64,000 bases of DNA from an uncultured Pelagibacteraceae bacterium. GTDB taxonomy: Bacteria > Pseudomonadota > Alphaproteobacteria > Pelagibacterales > Pelagibacteraceae. Position 1 is the first letter of the stretch. Every line of letters begins with the position of its first letter. The DNA lies in assembly GCA_902617415.1 (NCBI GenBank), contig CACMWQ010000002.1, positions 98,884-162,883 of the forward strand. The letters run 5' to 3'. The notes under the pieces were generated by a model. It was not told the DNA's origin, searched no databases, and saw nothing but the letters and a program-made list of their open reading frames with translations. This document shows positions 17,509 through 26,672 of this stretch, piece after piece. Position numbers and translations under genes: made by a program.

Positions 17509-19176
17509 TTACATCCATTTATTACTTGGTCTTGGAAAGAATGGTTGAGTGTCCATAAAGTTCTCTAATTCATCCTTCAGAAGCTCCTCACGTCTCTTTT
17601 TAGCGGCATTGTGTTGGTCTTGTGATAGTTGCTCTACCCAATACCTACAAGCCATTGATAGAACGTCTAAGCGGTCATCTATAGCTAAAGAACCTTTTAT
17701 TCTACCTATTCTACTCATCTGGTAAAACAATTGAAACCTCAAAGCTTTTTCAACAGAATACATTTCATTACTGCTGTTGTAGTCTTTGTGCACAACATTA
17801 GTATCAATAATTAATCTATGCTGTTGCATCAAAGGTTCTAAGGTATCAATAATTCTTTTCTCTTTTGCTTCTTGATGTCTTATTTCTTCAATGGTGACTG
17901 GATATGTTTTTGTTACAAAAGGTAATAGTAGTTTTGTAAACATACCACCACCATAGTTTTCCTCTACGAGGATTAAGTTAGCTTCCTGTTGTTTAGCTAT
18001 GTTAGCAATAGTCTGAAGTGTCTTATCAGTGTAACCGCCAATAAGTCCGCCTGCATCTGTGATGTAGACATTACCATTCAGCATTTTTGCACAGCAATAA
18101 CTGGTTTCGTTTTCACCTCTCCCACTAGGGTCAATAGCTAATACAGAGCCTTGATAATCTAACCAATCACCTTGAATTTGCATTGGCCGATAATAAGCAT
18201 CCGAATGTAAACCTACACAAGGTAACTCCTCATGTTTAAGTTCTGGACTAGAAGCCCATATTACTTTCTCAGGAGCAGTACTAGGATTTAGTGACATTAC
18301 AACTAAATCAGATAATTTAAGTGGATATTTGTCCTCATCACTAATTGATGTATCCAACATAAATTGTAGATTAAAACCAGAAGCTCCATAACTTAAATGT
18401 CTTTTAGCTAGGTCTTCTTCATCAAATCTTTCTGCATCTGTAGGTTTTCCAATAATATCTTTACTCCATGTATTTCTAATAAATGGAGCTAAAGTTTTAC
18501 CGAAGTTATTTAATTGTTTTTCGTTAGGATACCTGGCTGTCCATATTCTTTGCTTATAACCTCTTGTAGGTAATAAGTTATATAAAGACATTTCAGTCTG
18601 CATTGTGCCTAAAAATATTATGCGACCTTGCGGTTTCAAGATACTCTCGAACTCTTTTACTTGTTCAGAAAGTTTATCTCTCATACCCATGGTTGCAGAA
18701 TTATTTGCACTTTCGACATCATCTGCAATAACAAGGTCGCTACGACTACCTGTTAATTGCCCTGTAATTCCCAGAGACTTCACACTTGGTGCATGTGATG
18801 CACGAGCAGGTTTTACGTCAAAGCTTACCTTAGACTGTCTTTGGTCTTCCCTAGGCCTAAGATGAGCTAAAACATCAATCTCATTAATTAATCGTAGCGT
18901 AAATGTAGAAAAATCATCTGCTCTATTTTTAGATGCAGATACTACTAATATATTTAACTGAGGATTTAATAACAGTTGGTGACATACATAAGCTGATGTA
19001 ATCCAACTTTTACCTACTCCTCTGAATGCATTAATAATTAATCGTTTATCTTTAGACTGTAAGTAATTAGCAATATCGTATTGTATTGGCGTTGGCCTTG
19101 GTAGTGCTAAATGTTTCCAGACTAAATATAAAAAATTTCTAAAATCTTTTAACTTAGTTGGTATTTTTGTTTCCAT
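17509..19176 (-). CDS. Terminase large subunit (T7 gp19-like)
   Basis: 555 aa. Walker A-like FRGVGKSW and Walker B-like LVIADDVES. It is the last gene of the late array, as in T7. Confidence 0.9.
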   Translation of the reverse strand: METKIPTKLKDFRNFLYLVWKHLALPRPTPIQYDIANYLQSKDKRLIINAFRGVGKSWITSAYVCHQLLLNPQLNILVVSASKNRADDFSTFTLRLINEIDVLAHLRPREDQRQSKVSFDVKPARASHAPSVKSLGITGQLTGSRSDLVIADDVESANNSATMGMRDKLSEQVKEFESILKPQGRIIFLGTMQTEMSLYNLLPTRGYKQRIWTARYPNEKQLNNFGKTLAPFIRNTWSKDIIGKPTDAERFDEEDLAKRHLSYGASGFNLQFMLDTSISDEDKYPLKLSDLVVMSLNPSTAPEKVIWASSPELKHEELPCVGLHSDAYYRPMQIQGDWLDYQGSVLAIDPSGRGENETSYCCAKMLNGNVYITDAGGLIGGYTDKTLQTIANIAKQQEANLILVEENYGGGMFTKLLLPFVTKTYPVTIEEIRHQEAKEKRIIDTLEPLMQQHRLIIDTNVVHKDYNSSNEMYSVEKALRFQLFYQMSRIGRIKGSLAIDDRLDVLSMACRYWVEQLSQDQHNAAKKRREELLKDELENFMDTQPFFPRPSNKWM

Positions 19177-19387
19177 GTAAAACTATGTCATCTTCAGTTT
19201 CAAAAGGTAGTTCGTCTACTAAAGATTTTAATGGTGAGTTATCTACTGGAATTGCTTCTATACCATTGTCTTTTAAAAATTGTCTTGCAACATTTAAATC
19301 AGAAGCTTTACATTCTGGGTCTCTAATTCTTTTTAAAAGTTCATCAGTTAATACTGCGTGTAAGTCTTTTAGTTTTTTATCTATCAT
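19154..19387 (-). CDS. Terminase small subunit (T7 gp18-like)
   Basis: 77 aa, immediately upstream of TerL and overlapping it. ARQFLKDNGI resembles gp18-type small terminases. Confidence 0.6.
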   Translation of the reverse strand: MIDKKLKDLHAVLTDELLKRIRDPECKASDLNVARQFLKDNGIEAIPVDNSPLKSLVDELPFETEDDIVLHGNKNTN

Positions 19388-19584
19388 TTTAGTTTCTCAA
19401 TTCTTAAAATTTTATTGTCTGCATCTAATTCTGCCATTACCTTAGAACACATAAAGGTAGCGTTGCTATTCCTCGTAGAAATTCTACGCTTCTCTAAACA
19501 GACTTTTACTGATGGCATATAAGTCATTTCTATAAGTTTTTGGTCTGCACCAACAAACATAAGTAACGCCATTATTTCTACCAT
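19384..19584 (-). CDS. Hypothetical protein (66 aa)
   Basis: ORF with 4-nt and 1-nt overlaps to its neighbours. Confidence 0.4.
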   Translation of the reverse strand: MVEIMALLMFVGADQKLIEMTYMPSVKVCLEKRRISTRNSNATFMCSKVMAELDADNKILRIEKLK

Positions 19585-19934
19585 TAGTGATTTGTTCCAT
19601 TACGAATAAGTTTCTCTACATCTTCTTGTAGTTTTTCTATTTTTTTAGTTGCTTCATTTAACAAAACTTTTGTGTGTATGTTTTCATCTAACATCATTTG
19701 ATGTTTCTCTAAAATGCCTGCATTATGTTCAATCAACATCAGCATTTCTAAATTTCGAGGTGTCTGTTCAGCTTTCTTTAATAAGTCAGCTTCCATTAAT
19801 TGCTTTGAAGTTTCTAAATTATTAAGTCTTTCAACAATACCGAAATAAGCCCACAAACCTGAACAAATTGCAAAAACCAAAGCGACTAAGTTCCTAATAG
19901 GTAAACTGAGGTTTGTTTCAGAATTTATCTTCAT
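19584..19934 (-). CDS. N-terminal transmembrane + coiled-coil protein (i-spanin-like architecture)
   Basis: 116 aa. Hydrophobic LVALVFAICSGLWAYFGIV is followed by a heptad-rich charged region. Its position corresponds to the T7 17.5-18.7 lysis gene neighbourhood. Confidence 0.35.
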   Translation of the reverse strand: MKINSETNLSLPIRNLVALVFAICSGLWAYFGIVERLNNLETSKQLMEADLLKKAEQTPRNLEMLMLIEHNAGILEKHQMMLDENIHTKVLLNEATKKIEKLQEDVEKLIRNGTNH

Positions 19935-20164
19935 ACTGAACTACCAATTTGTTTACATTCAAATCTGACTGCTATTTTATTTTTCTCTAAATATTCTCTA
20001 TCCCATTCTTCTATTACTTCTAAATTTCTGAAGGTCTTTTGTGAAACTCCATAACCACTATCAACGCAATCTACATAATTATCAAATTGCCAACCTGATA
20101 CAGTGCTTGTAGGACATTGGCCTGTCACCATGCTACACATATAAAGTATTAGGATATATTTCAT
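19931..20164 (-). CDS. Small secreted Cys-containing protein (77 aa)
   Basis: N-terminal signal-like MKYILILYMCSMVTG and several Cys residues. It overlaps the downstream gene by 4 nt. Confidence 0.4.
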   Translation of the reverse strand: MKYILILYMCSMVTGQCPTSTVSGWQFDNYVDCVDSGYGVSQKTFRNLEVIEEWDREYLEKNKIAVRFECKQIGSSV

Positions 20165-20290
20165 TTTTTATGAGCTCGTCTCTTAGATTTATTCATCATA
20201 GCAAATGACAATCTTGGAGATTTACCAATGCTAGTTTTTTTGTATCTGCTTCTAGTTTCGTGTGGTTCTTTATTTAAGAACGATTTCTTT

Positions 20291-20542
20291 TTAGCCACGC
20301 CATTGAAAATAGCCTATGACACCTGCAACAAATGTACCTAAGAATACTAATACTTGAACAATACCTTTACCTTTAGATACATCATTTCTTAAACTTTTAA
20401 CTTCTCTTTTTAATTCATTAATACTGTCATTAAGTGTCTTCATTCTTTCTGCACATAACTTTTCATGTGATGACAGTCTTATACCTGTAGCAATATCAGC
20501 ATATTGTTTTGCTGATACTTTCTTAGAGGCTTTTCTTGCCAT
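20291..20542 (-). CDS. Small protein with a single C-terminal transmembrane helix (holin-like by position)
   Basis: 83 aa. IVQVLVFLGTFVAGVIGYF lies at the C-terminus. The gene sits directly after the fibre genes, where T7 has holin gp17.5. Confidence 0.35.
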   Translation of the reverse strand: MARKASKKVSAKQYADIATGIRLSSHEKLCAERMKTLNDSINELKREVKSLRNDVSKGKGIVQVLVFLGTFVAGVIGYFQWRG

Positions 20543-21939
20543 TAATATTGTAGGCTAACCCCTCTTATTCTAGCTTCTTTTGAACCTGCTGATTGATTAG
20601 CAAATTCTATTTTGTATTTTAATTGTGTACCAGAAGTTACACTCAAGTCATTTACTTTTGCCATCTTAATACCAGTAGCAAAGTCAGGTAAAGCTGTAAG
20701 TGTAGCTGTTGAGTAGTTACTACCATTGTCTGCTGATAATTTTAAAATAATATCTGTATTCAATGCGTTAGTTCCAGCATTATCTTGATAAGTTATTACT
20801 GCACCCATCTTGTTTGTTGATGATGCTGTAATTGCATTTCCTTCAAACGAGCCAGTTGCAGAAGTAGTTTCTACATTTACTGGAAATGACGCAGTAGGAA
20901 CTGTATAACTCGCACCACTATATCTCGCAATATTTGAAATTCTTATTTCAGAGGTATAACTAAAATCATTCCATCCATTACTGTCTGAACCATGTCTTTG
21001 TTGAAAAGCTAGAACACCACTTCTTTGACTGTTCCAATTACAAGCTGACGCATTATTTGTGTATGCTTTCCTTGCACCATTTATATAGAGAGTTGATTGA
21101 CCACTATTTTTTACAAATGCCCAGTGTATCCAAGTGTTTTGAGGTGTAAAATAACCAGAACTTTCTAAATCAATTGCATATCCCTCTGCATTTAATGCTT
21201 CTCCTAAATAAGCATTATTACCATCCATAAATGCTAAAGAATATCTATCGTAGCTATTTGTTCCTGCCCAATCTATTGTATATTCGTGAACACCACTTGC
21301 GTCACTTCCAAATCTTCTTAACCAACTTTCTATTGTCCAATCATTTGTACCAAAGTCATACGCAGAAGTTGGATTAATTTTCCAACCACCATCATTAGCA
21401 TTTGTTCCTGTGAATGACATACCACCAGAAAAAGGAGCAAGAGATTGTAAATTATTTCCACCATAGGAAGTATTTACTTTTGATAATGTTGCACTATCAC
21501 CAGACACAAGAGAACTAACAGAAGTTGTTGATGAACTATGGTCTGTGGTATTTGGTCTAAATATAGATACAGCATTAGTATCAGCACCAGTTGTAACTGA
21601 GCTAACAAATTCTCCACTATTTCTTGCGGTATTAGTTAAATTCGTAATTCCAGAACTATCTTGGAATACATCAAAGGAAGCTGAATTAGTATTAGATGCA
21701 TTAAGATTTTCCTGAGTATGAACTCTTAATCCTAATGTAGAAATATCATTGACGATTTTATTATCATCAAAAGATGTTGCGTGTTGTGAAACATTTGATG
21801 CCGCTATTCTTGCATCTGCAAAAGTTCCTGATGTAATTTTACCTGCATCTAAATTTGGAATTTCAGCCGCATCTAAAGTTATTAAACTGTTAGGTACACC
21901 TGTACTAATTATATTCGCTAAATCTCTATTTCTACTCAT
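20542..21939 (-). CDS. Tail fibre/receptor-binding-like protein with C-terminal LamG (concanavalin-like) domain
   Basis: 465 aa. The fibre-type N-terminus contains LDAGKITSGTFADARIA. The LamG-like block is WTIESWLRR...WIHWAFVKNSGQSTLYINGARKA. Confidence 0.6.
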   Translation of the reverse strand: MSRNRDLANIISTGVPNSLITLDAAEIPNLDAGKITSGTFADARIAASNVSQHATSFDDNKIVNDISTLGLRVHTQENLNASNTNSASFDVFQDSSGITNLTNTARNSGEFVSSVTTGADTNAVSIFRPNTTDHSSSTTSVSSLVSGDSATLSKVNTSYGGNNLQSLAPFSGGMSFTGTNANDGGWKINPTSAYDFGTNDWTIESWLRRFGSDASGVHEYTIDWAGTNSYDRYSLAFMDGNNAYLGEALNAEGYAIDLESSGYFTPQNTWIHWAFVKNSGQSTLYINGARKAYTNNASACNWNSQRSGVLAFQQRHGSDSNGWNDFSYTSEIRISNIARYSGASYTVPTASFPVNVETTSATGSFEGNAITASSTNKMGAVITYQDNAGTNALNTDIILKLSADNGSNYSTATLTALPDFATGIKMAKVNDLSVTSGTQLKYKIEFANQSAGSKEARIRGVSLQY

Positions 21940-21941
21940 AT

Positions 21942-22970
21942 TTATCTCGCTGTTGTTGGTATATTGTTAGTTCCTACTAATGGTGCTTCGGCAAATGCTA
22001 GGTAAAAATATGTTGCACCAGAGCCACCGCCAAAATCATTTGAAGTTGTTCTTACTTTAAAACCATTTGATAAAATATCAAAAGTCTCATCACTACCTTC
22101 AGCGTTATTTAAGTTTGGTCTTAAATCTCTTTGAGCAGGATTGTAACCAAGTCTTTTGTTATCAATAAGCATCCAATTTCCAGTACTATCAACTCTTTTA
22201 TTTAAAATCCATGCAGGTTTAAAACCTGTATAAATAAATGCTCCATCAGCATTACCATTACCTTGATAAGTGCCTGAACTACTAAAACCAGTTTTGTTTG
22301 CAAAACAATAAAAAACTGCTGTGCCAGTTCCAGCACTTCCGCCATGTCCTGAACCAGTAACTGTAACTGTTGTTGCATCTGCTGATGAAATTCTTGAGCC
22401 TTCTGAAGATGAGCCTGAAGTTGAGTTTAAAAATAAAGAGTTTCCAGATGTAATTCCTTTATAATAAATTCTCCAGTTTGCTACATCATCTGTACGTTTG
22501 TTAAAAATTACATCAGGCTCTACTCCAAGACCATGACCAAAAGTATTAGAATTTAAATTACTTACTAAGGATATTGAAAAACCTGATGTTGTATTTGCTG
22601 ATGTGTATGTCGTATTTACAGCTCCATCAGTATTTGAAGAACCTTGACCATTTGCTTTCCAATTCCATGAAACGTATGTTAAACCACTTTTATTATAGTC
22701 AGATACATTTCCATCTAAAGTAAAACCATCACTATCAAATGATGTAAAATAAGTGTGAGTTGTTTCAGCCGCAGTGCTATTGCTTGTTATATTTTTGTTA
22801 TAACCTCTTACAGCATCAGCTAGTTTGTGGTCTGTTGTGCCACCTCTTTGTTTCATCCATACCCAATCTGGTTGAAATCCAACTCCAGTAACAGACTGGG
22901 ATGAGTTAGAACCTGAATAAGTAACAGTATTAAAATAATCTGTAGATTTGTTAATTGTTGTATAAGCCAT
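21942..22970 (-). CDS. Putative tail-fibre-associated structural protein (342 aa)
   Basis: Ser/Thr/Gly/Asn-rich and embedded between fibre-like genes. Contains the motif GFQPDWVWMKQRGG. No firm family assignment. Confidence 0.4.
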   Translation of the reverse strand: MAYTTINKSTDYFNTVTYSGSNSSQSVTGVGFQPDWVWMKQRGGTTDHKLADAVRGYNKNITSNSTAAETTHTYFTSFDSDGFTLDGNVSDYNKSGLTYVSWNWKANGQGSSNTDGAVNTTYTSANTTSGFSISLVSNLNSNTFGHGLGVEPDVIFNKRTDDVANWRIYYKGITSGNSLFLNSTSGSSSEGSRISSADATTVTVTGSGHGGSAGTGTAVFYCFANKTGFSSSGTYQGNGNADGAFIYTGFKPAWILNKRVDSTGNWMLIDNKRLGYNPAQRDLRPNLNNAEGSDETFDILSNGFKVRTTSNDFGGGSGATYFYLAFAEAPLVGTNNIPTTAR

Positions 22971-22982
22971 TTTTTATTCCTA

Positions 22983-24326
22983 TTATTGATTTAGATTTTT
23001 AGTACACCAAGCTAAATAACCAGTTGGTGGTTGATATTTGAAAGTTCCAAAACCTTCACTGTCTGTGTAAGTAGTGCCTGTTAATTGCGTGTTTGCAAAT
23101 GCACCATTACCAAAATTAAATTCTGTTCTGTTATCATTATTACTTACTGAATACCAATTTACTGAAGGTGTTATCCAATGACCTCTTGATTTTTTAACAC
23201 TACAATTTGTAAAGCCTGATAAACTTAAAGCATTTACATTAGATATAACTGTTCCATTTTTATAAGCTGTAACAGTATCACCATCAATATCTATGGCCAT
23301 ACCTATATAGTCACCAGTTGTAAAAGTTGTACCTAACGCAGTAGCATTAGGGTCGTATGCGTTAACACCATTAACACCACCTCTTATATATCCATCTGTT
23401 GAAATATTAAATCCACTATAATAAGTATCAGCACCATTTCTAGGATTATCAGCACTATCCCAACCTAGTCTTATGGGTCTACCAGATGTAGTAGCTTGAA
23501 TATAAGCCTCATAATACCATTTACCACTTTTAGCCGCTAAACCTGCATTTGCTCTCATCCAAGCAGAACCATTGCCTCTTACTCTAGTATTAGCGTAATC
23601 TATATCAAGAGTTCCACTGCCAAAACTTTGCAAAGGATTTATAGTTGCAAAATTATTAGAAGGATTATCTTTTGTTGATGTAAGTGTACCTGTATCAACT
23701 GCCCAGTTATTTGTATTAGGTGATTGGTCTGTTAATGAATTGCTATCTTTTAAAATGAAAAAACCATTGTTTCCATAGGTAACACTAGGACTAGCATTTA
23801 TTTTCCACTCACCAGTTGTTGCATCAGTAGAACCAAATGATGATGCTTGATAAGTATAACCATCTGTAAAGTGTATATGGCTCATACATCCATCAAATTG
23901 ATTACCACCTCCATTATCACCAATGTAGTGAGCAACTGCACTGTTCATAGAATTTGTTACATCTTGTGAAGCATGAGTTGCAGTATCAAAATTTGTAACT
24001 CTTGTGCCATTTACATAAATTTTAATCCTATCTGAATTTGTGCCTAAGGTGCTATCATAAGCGAAAACAATGTGCATCCACGCATTACTATCTCTATAAA
24101 CAGCACTTGTTTCATACTGCCATATCATAGAGCCACTATTTAAATAAAAGAAATAAAGTTTATTATTACTATTAAATCTAAAAGTTACATTTACTGAACC
24201 TGCATTATTTGCATTAAATAATACTTGGTCACCACCAAGTTTTGCTCTTTTTACCCAAGCACTCCAAGTAAATTTTTTTCCGTCTGTTGGTGTTCCTAAA
24301 GTTTTTAATAATCTTGTACCAGCCAT
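22983..24326 (-). CDS. Receptor-binding-like protein with LamG and SPRY domains
   Basis: 447 aa. The LamG-like block is FTWSAWVKRA...WMHIVFAYDS...IKIYVNGTRV. The SPRY-like block is SGKWYYEAYIQ...IRLGWDS...GDYIGMAIDIDGDTVTAYKNG. Confidence 0.6.
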   Translation of the reverse strand: MAGTRLLKTLGTPTDGKKFTWSAWVKRAKLGGDQVLFNANNAGSVNVTFRFNSNNKLYFFYLNSGSMIWQYETSAVYRDSNAWMHIVFAYDSTLGTNSDRIKIYVNGTRVTNFDTATHASQDVTNSMNSAVAHYIGDNGGGNQFDGCMSHIHFTDGYTYQASSFGSTDATTGEWKINASPSVTYGNNGFFILKDSNSLTDQSPNTNNWAVDTGTLTSTKDNPSNNFATINPLQSFGSGTLDIDYANTRVRGNGSAWMRANAGLAAKSGKWYYEAYIQATTSGRPIRLGWDSADNPRNGADTYYSGFNISTDGYIRGGVNGVNAYDPNATALGTTFTTGDYIGMAIDIDGDTVTAYKNGTVISNVNALSLSGFTNCSVKKSRGHWITPSVNWYSVSNNDNRTEFNFGNGAFANTQLTGTTYTDSEGFGTFKYQPPTGYLAWCTKNLNQ

Positions 24327-26644
24327 TAGTTAAATTGTCCTCCTCCTGACGCACCGAAGCTAGATGTTAAGCTAAATGCTCTATCTGCTGTTTGACCTTC
24401 GGCATCAGTTATTCTTACTGTAAAGTTATAAGTGGTAGCTGTTGTTGATGAGCCACCGAAATCTGTTGTTGTTAATGCTCCTGCTGAAGTTAATGTTACA
24501 TTAGCTCCACTTAAATTAGAGGTTACTTCTGAAAATGTAATTGCACTGTCTGAAGAACCTTGAATTGTAAATAAAGTACCAGAAAAATTTCCTGCAAAAG
24601 TTCCTAATGAACCTGCGGCTGTACTAAAGGATGGAGCTGTTGATGCAGTAATAATATTATTAGTACTTCTTCCTGCGTTACCATCAGGATTTTCTACTCT
24701 TACATGATAGTTACCTGATGCTAATGTTACATTGACTGATAAAGTTGTAGCATTAGTAAATGAGACTGTATTTGCTCTTGTAACAGAACCATCTGTTTTT
24801 ATAAAATCTACTTGTGGTATTGATACAAAATTAGTTCCTGTAATATTTATTGTCGTAGCTGTTGCAGGTGCAATAGTTTGCGATACATTAGCTACTGTTG
24901 GTTTTGTTTCTGTTGCATCTATAAAACTTAATACACCAGAACCATTAGTTGCCAATACCTGTCCATTTGTTCCTGTATTTGTAGGTAATGTAAATGTTAA
25001 GTTACCTGCGTAGCTTGCATGGCTAGGACTTTTTATAGCCGCATAATGCGAGTTTTGAGAACACCGCAACCTGATTTCACCATCAGCAGAAGACCCATCA
25101 CCTTTTACTTCTAATACTGGTGAAGGCAGTCTGTCATTATTAATTGTACCTGATGTAATATTAGCGGCACTAAAACTAGATAACTGGAAGGTGCCATAGC
25201 TAACCACTTGTAAAATATCGTTAAGCGTAGCTCCAGAACCCAGGACTATGCTTGTACCATTTGTTGCTGTAAAATCTGAAGTATCTAATTTTACACCATT
25301 TAAATAAATATCAGCAAATGCAGTTCCGCCAGCAACATCATAAGTTAATGTATTACCATTAGCATCACTTCCTGAGAATGTTGTCTGACCTGCTGTTGCA
25401 GTAAATTTAAACCTCTGGCTGGTACCATTCACACTGCTCCCTGCCAACTGGTACGAGCTTCCATCAAAGACTTTTAGTTTCTGAGCATTTGTATCGAATA
25501 CCAAATCTCCGACATCATTACTTGATGAAGGTACTCCTGATTGAACTCTGTATCTTTCAGCAAAACTATTTACTCCAGATAAATTTGTAGCAACTGTATT
25601 AATATTTGTTAATCCACCTGCTACTGAATTTATATTTGTAATAGCTCCAGCAACATTATTTATGTTTGTTGAATTATTATTTACAGTTGTAATAGCAGTG
25701 TTCATACCTGCTACTGTAGTTATGTTTGAAGATATACCAGCAACAGTATTAATATTTGAGCTATTAGAATTGACAGCATTTATATTTGTAGAGTTACCTG
25801 CAACTGCATTTATATTTGTAGAGTTGGCATTAACTGCATTAATATTAGTTGAATTATTATTTACTGCTGTAATTGCAGAAGATATTCCTGCTACTGTATT
25901 TATATCAGATATATTAGTTCCAACTGTATTTACATTAGCAATGCTTCCTGCAACTACATCAATTTCAGAACTTGCTTCATTTAAATCATCAGCAACAGTT
26001 TCTATTTCTGATACTGCTTCATTTAAATCATCAGCAACTTTTTGTACGTCTGCAATGTTTGTAGCAACTGTATTAACATTAGCTATATTTGTAGCTACTG
26101 TATTTATGTTAGTAGAGTTACTATTTACTGAATTAATATTGCTTAAATTATTTGCAACTGTAGTAATGTTAGCGGCTATACCTGCAACAGTATTTATGTT
26201 TGGTAAGTTTGTAGATATGAATTGTTTATTGACTGCATCTTTATTATCTACTGGGTCTGCAACATTTACTATTCTTTTGTTTAGTGCATCAAATCTATCA
26301 GAAGTATCCAAGCCCATTTTGCCATCAACATTATCTGCTGTTTCTTGAGCTAAGAAAAAGTTCTGGTCTGCTGACTGGTCTAAGTCTGATGATGTTAATA
26401 CACTACCATCCTGGAAATCAACTAACCTAGCATTTGAAGGTGTAGTTCTCTGTATGAGTACTACAGCTCCATTTGCTGGCGTTGATGACAATTGAACTGA
26501 AGATGCCGAAGGAAATGTAATGTTAGTATCTTCTGTACCATTTACAAAAGCTTTTACATGGCTTTGTAAAATGTATGGGAATGAAAACGAAAACGTATTC
26601 GTACTACCATTAGCAGTATACGTCACACGAGCATTAAACGACAT
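24326..26644 (-). CDS. Tail fibre (T7 gp17-like N-terminal adaptor, heptad-repeat shaft, IPT-like C-terminal region)
   Basis: 772 aa. The N-terminus MSFNARVTYTANGSTNTFSFSFPYI...LVDFQDGSVLTSSDLD resembles the gp17 tail-attachment domain. About 30 xNINTVA-type heptads follow. The C-terminal block VNVTLASGNYHVRVENPDGNAG is Ig/IPT-like. Confidence 0.8.
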   Translation of the reverse strand: MSFNARVTYTANGSTNTFSFSFPYILQSHVKAFVNGTEDTNITFPSASSVQLSSTPANGAVVLIQRTTPSNARLVDFQDGSVLTSSDLDQSADQNFFLAQETADNVDGKMGLDTSDRFDALNKRIVNVADPVDNKDAVNKQFISTNLPNINTVAGIAANITTVANNLSNINSVNSNSTNINTVATNIANVNTVATNIADVQKVADDLNEAVSEIETVADDLNEASSEIDVVAGSIANVNTVGTNISDINTVAGISSAITAVNNNSTNINAVNANSTNINAVAGNSTNINAVNSNSSNINTVAGISSNITTVAGMNTAITTVNNNSTNINNVAGAITNINSVAGGLTNINTVATNLSGVNSFAERYRVQSGVPSSSNDVGDLVFDTNAQKLKVFDGSSYQLAGSSVNGTSQRFKFTATAGQTTFSGSDANGNTLTYDVAGGTAFADIYLNGVKLDTSDFTATNGTSIVLGSGATLNDILQVVSYGTFQLSSFSAANITSGTINNDRLPSPVLEVKGDGSSADGEIRLRCSQNSHYAAIKSPSHASYAGNLTFTLPTNTGTNGQVLATNGSGVLSFIDATETKPTVANVSQTIAPATATTINITGTNFVSIPQVDFIKTDGSVTRANTVSFTNATTLSVNVTLASGNYHVRVENPDGNAGRSTNNIITASTAPSFSTAAGSLGTFAGNFSGTLFTIQGSSDSAITFSEVTSNLSGANVTLTSAGALTTTDFGGSSTTATTYNFTVRITDAEGQTADRAFSLTSSFGASGGGQFN

Positions 26645-26651
26645 TTCTTAT

Positions 26652-26664
26652 ATCTAAAGTGTCC
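26652..26664 (-). promoter_or_regulatory. Candidate phage-RNAP promoter GGACACTTTAGAT (position analogous to T7 phi17)
   Basis: The minus strand reads CAGAACAGGACACTTTAGATATAAGAAATG. The motif ends 7 nt before the tail-fibre ATG. Confidence 0.5.
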
Positions 26665-26672
26665 TGTTCTGA

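Noticed and set aside
25662-26348. 228-aa plus-strand ORF antisense to the tail fibre
   Set aside because: It is generated by the 21-bp periodic repeat tract, which lacks stops on the opposite strand. The repetitive hydrophobic translation has no start context. The sense-strand fibre gene is well supported.
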